A stretch of DNA of 64,000 nt from the human T2T-CHM13v2.0 reference genome, Homo sapiens, in the NCBI RefSeq assembly GCF_009914755.1, contig NC_060945.1; one strand, written 5' to 3'. Positions 28,298-40,609 of the stretch are shown here, in pieces. The position numbers and the translations under genes are program-made. Below the pieces are notes generated by a model. The model searched no databases. It was given only the letters and a program-made list of their open reading frames with translations, and was not told where the DNA came from. The number at the start of each line of letters is the position of its first letter. The first letter of the stretch is position 1.

Positions 28298-29842
28298 TTT
28301 TTTTTTTTTTTATACTTCTGGGATACATTTATCTGGGATACATGTATCTGGGATACATTCTGGGATACAGAACGTGCAGGCTTGTTACATAGGTATACAC
28401 GTGCCGTGGTGGTTTGCTGCACCTGTCAACCCATCATCTTCATTAGGTATTTCTCCTAATGCAATCTCTCCCCTAGCCCCCCACCCCCCAACAGGCCCCA
28501 GTCAGTGATGTTCCCCTCCCTGTGTCCATGTGTTCTCATTGTTCAACTCCTAAGTATGAGTGAGAACATGCAGAGTTTGCTTTTCTGTTCCTGTGTTAGT
28601 TTGCTGAGAATGGTGGTTTCCAGCTTCATCCATGTCCCTGCAAAGGACATGAACTCATCCTTTTTTATGGGTGCTTAGTATTCCATGGTGTATATGTGCC
28701 ACATTTTCTTTATCTAGTCTAACATTGATGGGCATTTGGGTTGGTTCCAAGTTTTTGCTATTGTGAATAGTGCTGCAATAAACATTCGTGTCTTTACAGC
28801 ATGTGTCTTTATAGTAGAATGATATCTAATCTTTTGGTTATATACCCAGTAATGGGATTGCTGGGTCAAATGGTATTTCTGGTTGTAGATCCTTGAGGAA
28901 TCGCCACACTCTTCCACAATGGTTGATCTAATTTACACTCCCACCAACAGTGTAAAAGCATTCCTATTTCTCCACATCCTCTCCAGCATCTGTTGTTTCC
29001 TGATTTTTTGATGATTGCCATTCTAACAAGTGTGAGATGGTATCTCATTGTGGATTTGATTGGCATTTCTCTAATGACCAGTGATGATGAGCTTTTTTTC
29101 ATATGTTTGTTGGCCACATAAATGTCTTCTTTTGAGAAGTGTCTGTTCATATCCTTTGCCCACTTTTTGATGGGGTTGTTTTTCTTCTTGTAAATTTGTT
29201 TAAGTTCCTTGTAGATTCTGGATATTAGCCCTTTGTCAGATGGATAGATTGCAAAAATTTTCTCCTATTCTGTAGGTTGCCTGTTCACTCTGATGATAGT
29301 TTCTTTTGCTATGCAGAAGCTCTTTAGTTTAATCAGATCCCATTTGTCAATTTTTGCTTTTGTTGCAATTGCTATTGGTGTTTTAGTCATGAAGACTTTG
29401 CTCATGCCTATGTCCTGAATGGTATTGCCTAGATTTTCTTCTAGGGTTTTTATGGTTTTAGGTCTTACATTTAACTCTTTAGTCCATCTTGAGTTAATTT
29501 TTGTTTAAGGGGTAAGGAAGGGGTCCAGTTTCAGTTTTTTGTGTATGGCTAGCCAGTTTTCCCAGCACCATTTGTTAAATAGGGAATGCTTTCCCCATTG
29601 CTTGTTTTTGTCAGGTTTTTCAAAGATCAGATATTTGTAGATGTTGTGTGTTATTTCTGAGGTCTCTGTTCTGTTCCATTGGTCTATATATGTTTTGGTA
29701 CCAGTACCATGCTGTTGTGGTTACTGTAGCCTTGTAGTATAGTTTGAAGTCAGGTAGCGTGATGCCTCCAGCTTTGTTCTTTTTGCTTAGGATTGTCTTG
29801 ACTATACGGGCTCTTTTTTGGTTCCATATGAAATTTAAAGTA
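28298..29842 (-). mobile_element. 5'-truncated L1PA7-like LINE (~1.5 kb)
   Basis: poly(T), L1PA 3'UTR, and ORF2 remnants [38 protein letters not shown] (28866-29150) and [26 protein letters not shown] (29620-29847). Confidence 0.93.
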
Positions 29843-30366
29843 ATCACTTCCTCTTTAACACCCCAACTACAGAATACTTAAACATGTTTAACAGCATTTA
29901 GCACATTCTGCTTTCTATTAAAGCAATCTAGGTGGTAAAGTCTAGTCAATAAAAGGCCACAGGGACGAACCTGTAATCTCACAAACCAGGAGTATCTTTG
30001 TAGGATTTGGCTTTCCATGGGATGATTTTGAGAAAGGTTTAAGAAAATATCAGTTTTGGATGATTCACTTTTTCTCAGACAGGATTAGAATTGGGGATTA
30101 ATTTGGCATTGGGTGCCTGCATAAAGTGAGGATGGTGTAGTAATTGGGTATCTCCAGTTATAAACACAAAAAGCATGATAGAGCTGGGAATGTGATTGCA
30201 GGAAAGCAATAGTCACTCCAAAAGGAGATCCTCATGATATGAATACGGAAGAAACAATATTTCCTGCTAATGTAGTAGCCACTGTGTTCTTTTATTATTA
30301 TTATTCTATATTTATTTTTAAATTTTCATTGTTAGTGTTTTTTTAATAATTAGAGTCTTATTTCTC

Positions 30367-31100
30367 TTTTTTTTTTTTTACTTTAAGTTCCGGGATACAT
30401 GTACAGAATGTGTAGGTTTTTTACATAGGTATACACGTACCATGGTGGTTTGCTGCATCTATAAACCCATTATCTAGGTTTTAAGCCCTGCATGCATTAG
30501 GTATTGGTACTAATGCTCTCCCTCCCCTGGCCCCTCACCCCCCGACAGGCCCGCAGTGTGTGTTGTTTCCCTCCCTGTGTCCATGCGTTTTCATTGTTCA
30601 ACTCCAATCATGAGTGCAAACATGTAGTGTTTGGTTGTCTGTCCCTGTGTTAGTTTGGTGAGAATCGTGGCTTCTAGCTTCATCCATATCCCTGCAAAGG
30701 ACATAAACTCATTCTTTTTTATGTTTGTATAGTATTCCATGGTGTATATATGCCACATTTTTTTAATCCAGTCTATCATTGATGGGCATTTGGTTTGGTT
30801 TGAAGTCTTTGCTATTGTAAATAGTGCTGCAATAAACATATGTGTGCATGTGTCTTTATAGTAGAATGATTTATAATCCTTTGGTTATATACCTGGTGAT
30901 GGGATTGCTGAATCAAATGGTATTTCTGGTTCTAGATCCTTGAGGAATCGCTACACTGTCTTCCGCAATGGTTGAACTAATTTACACTCCCACCAACAGC
31001 GTAAAAGCATTCCTATTTCTCCACAGCCTCATCAGAATCTATTGTTTCCTGACTTTATAATAATCACCATTCTGAGTGGCATGAGATGGCTTCTTATTGT
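30367..31100 (-). mobile_element. 5'-truncated L1PA8-like LINE (~0.7 kb)
   Basis: poly(T); 3'UTR with tctaggttttaagccctgcatgcattagg; ORF2 end MFIAALFTIAKT..KCPSMIDWIKKMWHIYTMEYY. Confidence 0.92.
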
Positions 31101-32329
31101 AGCTGTTGTTTTCTATGCCTGTCCACCCCATCTCCCCTCTAGCCTGATTAATGAGAGAGCTTTTTGTCTTTTTCAGTCCAAGCTTATTTTTATTTTCATT
31201 TTCAAACAGTGTTTAGCAATGTTCCATGTGCGTACTATTGGCCCTATTACTTGTGTATAGGAATACTGTTTGTTCAACTTTTTCAGGGGAAATGATATAA
31301 CCAATTGGTCAAAAGGCAGTTCTATAATTACATGGGTTCCAGTCCAGGTTCCTCTAATTTGCAATTTTTTGAATAATTTACTTCCCTGCGCTATCCACTC
31401 AGAAAGAAAATGAGAATAATAATACAATAGCTCATAATCTTGTATTGAATAATGGAAGTAATAATTTATAAATTGTGTTGCATAGCGATTAGCCCTTACA
31501 AGCCTTCAAAAAACATCACATGATATTTCATTATTCCTATATAGTTCCTACTACAAAGACCTATACATAACACTTATAATCACAGGAAAATAAAAGAGAA
31601 AAATATACCCTGTTATCAAAACTCTAAGACTATTACTATTTTATTGTGATATACTTACTTTCAGGTATATAATCAGGGATCATTTCCCATTTATTGCTTA
31701 TAAAATCCAGTTACAAACATATATTTTAAAAATATTTTTAAATGTTTTACTATTTGTCATAATTTCTTTAGGGGTGATTTTCTGAAGGAGAATGGTTATT
31801 TGAAATAATGTGTCTATATGATTAAATTACATAAAAACGTATTATTGGAAATTAAGTGTTTCTTGTTTGTTTTTGATGAACACAGTCGAAATTTGTGAGG
31901 GAAAGTAAAAACACTAAGAAAAAAATGTAATAGAAATTGATCCTTTTCTTCAACGTGATTACCTAAATAATTTATCCTTTAGGATACCCCCAGTATATAT
32001 AAATGTACTTCTTGCACTTGAACTGTGCCAGAAATACTTATTGCTATATAGGAAGTGCTCAAGATCATTGAATTAAGCAATTGAAAAAAATTGTACCACC
32101 CTGTTTGTTCAAAAGCAGTGAAATTTAACAGACTCACGAGACCAAGGGCTGTGGCACAGAGAGACATTTAAGTCATAGATGATCTTCAAGAAGTTCAGAA
32201 TCTTGTAAATAAACTAAAATTTATCATGTAGTTTTATCATCCAGGAATATTTCCAAACCGTTCAAATGGCTGAAATTGTATCTTCAAAGAAAGGCAGAGA
32301 GTGAGAAGGTTGGCGGGGGTGGGGGCGGC

Positions 32330-32363
32330 GAGAGAGAGAGATAGAGAGAGAGAGACAGAGAGA
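32330..32363. repeat. Imperfect (GA)n microsatellite
   Basis: Direct reading. Confidence 0.9.
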
Positions 32364-32573
32364 AATAAGGAGGAAGAAAGAAGGGAAAAGTGCATGATCA
32401 CCCTGGCAGAAACTTAGTAGGGGTGTACTCATTTGTGAAAATTGACATTTTCAAACATGTCCTACTTGTGAATCATACATTTTACCTGATTCATTAACTC
32501 CATGTTACAGCAGCAGATATCCTGAGAGATGGAGATTTAGCCCTCTCTTACATTCTTGCATCACAAGGAACTA

Positions 32574-32611
32574 TTAGGTTGGTACAAAAGTAACTGTGGT
32601 TTTTGCCATTA
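32574..32611 (+). mobile_element. Half MADE1 / solo Hsmar1 mariner TIR
   Basis: ttaggttggtacaaaagtaactgtggtttttgccatta vs recalled MADE1 TTAGGTTGGTGCAAAAGTAATTGCGGTTTTTGCCATTA (3 mismatches); preceded by TA. Confidence 0.85.
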
Positions 32612-32869
32612 TAATATAAAGAAAAAGCTGGAACATCCTTGCCACCTATCACTATTGTTCGGATATTTCAAAGGGGCAGTTTTTTATTCTTGAAGGTAAA
32701 AGTTATTTATCAAGTAATTTGATAAATTATCTAGAAGAGATATGGAAAACAAAAATAAATAGAATCAAATATACTTGGAAAACACACAACACTGTCTTGT
32801 TTTTACATACATTAAATACATTATTTTTATACACATTAAAATAATTTTGTTTTTTAAGTGAAGGAATAC

Positions 32870-33275
32870 TTCAGTTCAAGAGTTCTGAAGCAAGGCTGCC
32901 TGGGTTTGAATGCCTACAACCATGTCTACTATGTTTTATCAAATTGAATACATTAGTTTTTAATGGGCATCATTACTCTACATACTATTGCCCACCCACC
33001 TGCAAATGACTTGTAGGATTACAATTATTTCAAGATGTATATTGAGTTCAGAGATGTAGTGATTTGGAAAAAAAATGTGCATATTACAGTTAATGAAATA
33101 TGGCAGTAGCAGAATGGGCAAATCACGTCATCTACATAAATCTGAGCTTTTTTATTTTCAAAAAAGGGTGACAATAAAAGTACCCACCTATTTAAACTGT
33201 TTTGATGATTAAATAATAAAGTTCACGTAAAGCACTTAGAAAATTGCAAGGCACACATTAAATTTATTAGCTGGA
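32870..33275 (+). mobile_element. MIR interrupted by a MER104-like TcMar element (~32929-33103)
   Basis: MIR halves ctgcctgggtttgaatgc and gggcaaatcac...taaagcacttagaaaa; the insert ends ttcagagatg...aaaaaatgtgcatattacagttaatgaaatatgg. Confidence 0.55.
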
Positions 33276-33399
33276 ATAAAAGCCTAAACCATTATGACTT
33301 TTTTTTTTTTTTAAAAAGCAATATTTTAACTAAAAAAAAAGAAACAAAGAAGCATATCTTTTTCATATAATGGTTTTCCTGGGAGGCAGTAGCAAACAT

Positions 33400-33689
33400 C
33401 TGGGATAATATGCGTTCTGCACAGTGGTGACTGGAGTCCAGTTCCATCAAGTGAGGAACCAGAAAGACAGTATATGGAAGAGGTCACAGTCTTACAGAGT
33501 CAGACCTCAAAGTAGCTCATTGCCATTCACTTTCCCAAGGGATAATTTAATTTTATTTGTCTATGTCTACTTCTAAGGTGGGCTGAGAAATGAATTCTCT
33601 AGCCAGAAAGCCACATGCCTAGGAGCAACCCTATTCCTAGGTAAAAACAGGAGAATGGATTTAGTGGAGAGCTAAAAAATTCTGCCACA
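33400..33689 (-). mobile_element. Old MLT1 (J/K-like) LTR remnant
   Basis: ggctgagaaatgaattctctagc...ggagaatggatttagtggagagcta...tctgccaca (TGTGGCAGA start on minus). Confidence 0.45.
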
Positions 33690-34071
33690 GTACAAGTATA
33701 CAGTCAATAAATATCAGCTATTGTTATTACTTCTAGCTACAATCAAAAAGATTGATGAAATGAGAAAATGCTGCATTCATTTAATAAAATTATAACGTAT
33801 GAAAGGATTGTTCCTACCTAAAACATAAGATATCAAAATTTCATGTGTGACATTTTAAGTATATTGTGTTTTTAGTATTTTATCGACACATCATCTTTTA
33901 ATGAAGACACAAGTGTAACTAGATCTCATTTTTTACCACTTGGTGATAAGAACAAGGCATATTTCCACTGCATTATTTGGTCATTTTCATAGTCATCTAG
34001 AAACGGGCAGCTATGCCTCTTAGATTTTCTATACATTATTTGGAAATACATTAGAAAATGTTCAATGATAC

Positions 34072-35025
34072 TGGTGCAGGATTTTTCTCGACCTCTTTGC
34101 CGTACTCCCAACAGGGGCTCTCCGTCTACTTGACCCACTGCGCTCAGCCCCTTGTGGGAAGGAGCAGGTGAACGAGTGAGTGGGGGATCTGGCCAGCTGC
34201 TCTAGGCACTGACACAGGAGCATGCTCCATGAGGGGCCCATGGCCAGACCAGGTGTGTCATCTGAAGGGGAATGTGACGGAATCCAGGTGAGGGTGCCCA
34301 CGACCCCAAAACCCCACAGTGGGTGTTACAGTACTCTTTTAGTTCTGCCACCGCAGTCTGATGGACGGTGGTGTGTTAGCAGCTCAGCTGGCCCTTTGCC
34401 TCGTTGCATGGGGCAGCTGCCTTCCACTGGCAAGGGCAAAGGGCCAATGTGACAGCCTTTTTGGATACCCATACTCAGTGAGTCCCAAGCTCTTGACCAA
34501 CATACAAGAAGAATGAGCTCACAGGGGCAATTTAAGGATGGTGAAGGTGTTTAATTTCATTGAGTGATGAAAAGGGCTTTCAGTGCAGAGGGGAGTTGGA
34601 GAGGGAGTGGGAAGGGCAGGTTATCTTCTCCAAAGTCAGGGTGTCTCTTCCATGAAGTCGGGCTTTCTCCCTCTCTACTGACTGAGTCTGGGGTCTTTAT
34701 AGGCACAGGGAGGGGAGTGCGTGCTGATTGGTTTGTGAGTATGCAAAAAATGTTAACTTGATGACACCACTCAAAGGTGGGCACAACACTGTAGAAAAAA
34801 CAATTAGGAAATGGTGGGGATATGTAAAACAGGTGGAAGGTGGGGATCAATCCGAGGAAAGCATGCCACACGGGAGTACACGTTTTCAATCCAGTCTGAG
34901 GAGGTCTGAGGATTTAACTTGTAGTTTGGGTGTCAGGCTTTAAACTGTCTTCAGCTTGGAGGTGGGATTTCACTGGGTACCCGCCCCTATCTGCCTAGGC
35001 ATTTGGCTGCCTTCTGTTGTTATCA
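34072..35025 (-). mobile_element. ERV1 solo LTR, LTR28/LTR1/MER52 group (~950 bp)
   Basis: Minus-strand start tgataacaacagaaggcagccaaatgcctaggcagataggggcgggt; end gagaaaaatcctgcacca; locally GC-rich. Confidence 0.8.
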
Positions 35026-35541
35026 GTATTTTCTTGTAGTTAAAGCTTATTTTACCTATGCATTTTATATAAATAGTATGGTCACAGTAATTCTGTAATA
35101 ATGGAATCAAAATCTATTTATTTCAACAACAACAAAAAAACATCACCATGCTGCATATAGAGGACAGTTTCTGTCTTTTATACCTCATGGGAAACATGGA
35201 GTAGTTGCTTCACCATGTTTCTGTAAAATAATCTTTAAAATGCTTGAAGAATTCATTCCTTTGAATGCAGGAGCTTAGCAAGAAAGCCTTTTTTTCTAAT
35301 CCTCTCTGTTTCTCTGCATTTGGTTTACACTTTTATTAATCTGTGGTACCTGACACTTAATTGAATCTCTACCTTTCCATTTGGCTGAGCTTTAGACCCA
35401 CTGCCAATCTTGAGTAATTATTTTTCTATACATCAGCTGTTCCGATTCACAAGCAGGCTCTTCTTATGAAGTCTGTCAACCTTGAGAAATTGTTTTGAAT
35501 AAAGCAATTCTTTATTCCTACCAATATTCCTTATTTCTATC

Positions 35542-36049
35542 CAATATTATACTGATCTGTAGAAAAATGTGCCTTCAACTTATATTCTGCTGGTGCTTTA
35601 ATTCAGTTCAAACAATATTGTTGTTAAACAATATTTTCACATGAACAATTGTTTTTACTATTCCTCTTTTTGAAGTCAATCCATCATTAAACATTGTTTA
35701 TGCTTAAGTGAATAATTTACTAGATTAAACTCATCTACCTAAGTTGAAATACTATGAACAAAAGATACATATTAAATATTAACTTTTAAACAATTTTTGA
35801 TTCAAATCTATTTGGCTTTGAAATTGCTGAAATACTCTGCCTATTGTTGGAACACTATGTAATCTTCATCCAATGAATGTTTTATTTCTTAAGATTTTAA
35901 TGAAAATCTCCACATATATATATATATATATATATATAAACCTAAAATTTTAAAAGTCAGTTTTCTGAATAAACTAGAATGATTTTGTAATTGAGCTTAT
36001 TCTGCAACTGGCAGTTCAATCCAGAATCTGTGCAGGAATTAAGGTCAAT
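35542..36049 (+). repeat. Local direct duplication A, copy 1 (~510 bp)
   Basis: Aligns to 37639-38150 at roughly 88-90% by eye. Confidence 0.95.
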
Positions 36050-37638
36050 GTGAATCTTTCAATTTCTTTAGTTACTTTGTGTATTAAACCAGATACACAA
36101 AACGTAAAATACTATTGGCCATAAAGAGGGATGTTAAATAACGTATATTTCTTAAAAAAGAAAAACAACACTGGCACTGGTGTCTTGATAATTCTCCCTC
36201 TTTTTCTGACTCTTTCTAAAAATACAAGACATGTTAAGCATATTCTGAATTCCTCAACACAGTGTATGAGACCACAACCCTCAAATGGTAGGATCAAGCC
36301 TGATAAAGCATTCTCTGCACTAAGTACTAAACAATTTGTTTAAGATGTAGCTCATTTCTCACAGCTCATTAGCTCACTGAATGATTTTGTCCAAATTATG
36401 AAGGCAAAGTGGGTTTATATTCCTAGGGTGCATCTATTCTTCTTCTAGTCATGTAATTTCCACCTTTATCACTTGGTCTCAGAGCAAAGAGCCTTTTCAC
36501 TAATGAAAGTATTTTGAAGCATTGCTAAAGAAAGACATAATGAGGATATATACTGAGTCAGTTAAAGAAATAGAGGAGACTTAAGAACCTGCATACTGAG
36601 AAAAAGACTTACACAAACACTTAACCCAAGAGCTCTCTCTGGGCTTCACGGTTTTGCTACTTTATTTAGAAAAGATAATGTGAATAGACAAAGAATTACG
36701 CCAGGGTTTAAGTTCATCTTGTAGCAAAGGAGCATCCACGTGTTTCTGTGGTTCGAAATTACAAAGCTATTTTTATATGGTTTCGTTAGACTGCTGTGTG
36801 TAGAATCAATTTACAGCAGGGACCTAAAAGCAAGGCATTTAAATGATTCTTTGAGAATGATTCCTGTACCATGTAGTTTGGGGAGGTGGCTATTAATGAT
36901 AAAGAGAAATGGAGAGAAGTAACAAAACAAGTATATAAAGATATAGATTTTTATAAATAGAATTATTCAAGCTAAGTCTTATGAAACTTTTCACCCTCTT
37001 GAAAAGCACATGTATATGTGAAAATATAAAATTATTCCAGTTTGTGTTGTGTACATTTACAAAATAAATTCCGCATAACTTCATTTATATATATGCATAT
37101 AAGTTAAATATGTACTTGGAAGAAAATGTAAAAAAAAGAAAATATGTAAGTAGAATTTACTGAAGGTCAAATCAAAATAAAATCAACATATTACCCAACT
37201 GTAATGTGAAGGGTAGAAATTGAAGGACTACTTTAAAATGAAACATCTAATAGATCAAAAAACAAAGGCAATTTGCTGAAAGTTCCAAAATACATCAAAA
37301 ATAGTGAAAACACTTGTTGTATATATAGGAAAACTACTGACTATGGGTATTTTTTAATGGTAATTCCTAATTCTTCAAGGATATGACAAACCTAATTTGG
37401 AACATCAATGTGTAATATGATTGTACATGAAGTGAAAACACAGCTAAAAAATGAACAAATTAAACATCAGAAAATTGCCCCCAAAGAATAAGTCACATAA
37501 GTTATTTAATTTGTGTTGCATGAACTTATATTTTTACATAATAATATGAATGGAATAAAACATATAGTATATATTTTTTTTCTAAATGGGATCGAATAAC
37601 TGCCTTGGTAGGAACACTCTACATTCGAATATTAATTA

Positions 37639-38150
37639 CAATATTAAATTGATCTGTTGAAAAATGTGCCCTCAACTTATATTCTGCTGGGTCTTTAATT
37701 CAGTTCAAACAATATCGTTGCCAAACAATATTTTCTCATGAACAATTGTTTTTACTATTCCTCCTTTTGAAGTCAATCCATCATTAAACATTGTTTATGG
37801 TTAAGTGAATAATTTACTAGATTAAACTCATCCACCTAAGTTGAAATACTATGTTCTCAAAGAGAACAAAAGGTACATATTAAATACTATTTAAAAAAAA
37901 TTTTTGATTAAAATCTATTTGGCTTTGAAATTGCTGAAGCACTCTTGCTTATTGTAGGAACACTACTTATAATCTTCATGCAAGGAATTTTTTATTTCTT
38001 TAGATTTAAAACCAAATCGCCACCCATACATATGAAATTAATCTAAAATTTTGAAAGCCATTTTTCTGAATAAACTAGAATGATTTTGTAATTGAGCTTA
38101 CTCTGCAAATGGCAATTCAGTCCGGAATTTGTGCAGGAATTAAGGTCAAT
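37639..38150 (+). repeat. Local direct duplication A, copy 2
   Basis: Aligns to 35542-36049. Confidence 0.95.
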
Positions 38151-40107
38151 ATTTCTTTGACACTTTAATTTCTGTACATTTTTGTTTTTACGACGTTTTT
38201 ATTTCCTCTGGTAAAATTAATAAAATTCATGCGTGGTTGAACACTTGTACTCTGTTGGACCAATTAATTTTGAACTTTAAAATATGAAATGAGCACCTTT
38301 TGTTGTACTGTGACTATATTTCTATAAAAATTCACTTACTTTTAATTATAAAATTTTAGGCTATGTAATTAATGCATAAGAAGTAGATTGTCAGTCAAGT
38401 TAGAAGTCAACTGTTCTCAAATATTCAAAAGAGAAATTTTGAAGAACTTTAATACTTTGCATTTATCTATACATCTACATCCTATGGTATATTGTATAAA
38501 TATTATTGGCTTGCAAATATAAAAAATATCTCTTTTGTTAAAAGAATAGTAAATAAATTAATTATGTCTAAAATACACATAGCCTGGTTTGAAATTCATC
38601 ATAAGTTTTGAAATGCATGATAGACTGTAATGCTTCCAAGGATACTGTAATCATTAATCATGTTCTCTACTTGCAGTGTTTATCTGAAAATATTTCTTAA
38701 ATCAATAGCTTGAAGAGACTATTTGATAGTGATTATTAGTCATATTTTATTTTATCAGACAAGCACTGTTTCAATTTAAAAGCATTTAGATAGCTCTTAC
38801 ATGCCTAAATCATTATGTACAGTCTTTACAATTTACATTATAAAGTCTCCTAAACTAGGTAATCATTATCATGATAGCAATATATAAGATTACAAGGAGC
38901 AGATGGCCTAACATCTTTCAGCTTTCATTGGAAATATTTTAGCAAAAATATGTAGTTAAAATTTCTCAGTTATAAGAGATTGGTTTTCCGAAAATTTATG
39001 TTAATATTGATAAAATTCAATATAAAATTTACTAATTTTATCATGAATAGTTTTCAGTAAATCACTTCATGATTTTCAGAAAACACAGAGTACCATTGTC
39101 TAAATTATTTTATATGACTTGAAGGTTTTTGTTTTGTTTTAATATAAACATTTAGAAGGTTTTCTCTCAGAAAAAAAAAAATCAATATATTCAGGGATAT
39201 TTAGGCATCCCAAATGCTACATATCAAAATCCAAGTAATAAAGTGGTGGAAAATTGTAAAAGGTTATTTTAACATTTTCTTATTTTGTGTAACACTCTTT
39301 TGACTAAGGACAGCTATAGAATGCAAAGTTAAGTGAAAGTAAAGATCAAATAACTAGCTCATTTTACTCAAGGGAAAAACAAATATATTATCTCACTATT
39401 GTGATCACGCAAGGATAGTTTCAGTCCCCAAGGATACCCTCCCAAGAGCTCATGTATTAGATAGCAATGTATTAAGATGACTATAAATGATAAACTTGAC
39501 ATTCTTTTAATGCTACTCCTACTGTAAAATTTTTTTAAAAAGTGTTTGACTAGATCCTTCCCTGCTGTCCCATTTTTTTATTGTTTTGGTTTTGTGTTTT
39601 GGATTTTTTTCTTCTACACTGCCAAGGTTGCAGTGAGACTGAAATAATTAATGGGGATGGTGAAAGTAGGTGGATACTTACGTGATAATGGAATACCCTT
39701 TTAATTGTTTCTGAAACAATAACTTCCTGTCTTAATGAACATAATTTTTAACTCAATAACAGTACAAAGACAACAAAATCTTAAGCTTCAGAATTCATGT
39801 AATATATTGAATATACAAATGTTGCAATGTCATTTTTGTAGTAGTACTTTCTACTACTCCATTCCCAATATTCAGATATCATGATGTTGAGATAACATGT
39901 AATGTATGTATGGGTGTCAGAAGCAGAGGTAGTGGTGACCTCATTGTGACCAAATTGTAGGCAATGTGTTCTCTCCTACATCTCTTTGCCGTGTCACAAA
40001 TATGCTAAGGTAACAGTATCAGGGAAGACGAGCATATTAAAAATCTTACATCTATTATTGGATTTCTAATATTATTAATTGACTCACAGCAAGTTGTGAT
40101 TCGTTTC

Positions 40108-40609
40108 CATTCATCCATATATTCTTTCACTTATCCATACATAATATTTATTATGCACTTTTTCTTTGTCTGCCATTGCACCCTGGGAGTAAAAAGGTGA
40201 ACAAAAAAAAAAACAGTACTTGCCTTCATAGAGCTGACAATTTAGGGAGGAGACAAAAATACGCTCAATAATGCTCAAAATAAATATGTAACCAAAAAAT
40301 GGAAAAGTAAAAATGAGCAATGCTAAGAAATGGTGGAAGAACAGTATTTAACCTAGTATGAGGAAGAAAAGAAAGTTCTCTCCAATGAAACCTATAAAAC
40401 GATCATGAAGAATGAATAGATTAAAAAAGTGAAAGCACATTTAGATAAAGACAATGCCAGACAGAGGTAAGATGGAGTGTGCTATGTTCGTGGAAATAAA
40501 TGCAAGCCAGGGAGGATGAAACAAAAAGAATAAAGAAAGAGTGGAGGGAGAGGAGGTTGGAGACAGTAGCTAAGTGCAGATCATCCTGGGCCATTCTAAT
40601 GGCAAGGAC
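40108..40609 (-). mobile_element. L2 remnant (host of the LTR12 insertion)
   Basis: cattcatccat...atatttattatgcac...gtgaacaaaa...tgccttcatagagctgacaatttagggaggagaca is typical of an antisense L2 3' end. Confidence 0.6.

Noticed and set aside
28298-31100. The two neighbouring minus-strand L1PA 3' ends as another local duplication
   Set aside because: They carry different subfamily-type 3'UTRs (PA7-like vs PA8-like) and unrelated flanks, so they are independent insertions.
36036-36048. aattaaggtca (in both duplication A copies) as a nuclear-receptor element
   Set aside because: A single half-site that fits neither RORE nor NBRE exactly and is expected by chance.
35542-38150. Duplication A as the paired LTRs of an unknown retroelement
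   Set aside because: No TG...CA termini, TSD, primer-binding site, polypurine tract or coding remnant in the spacer.
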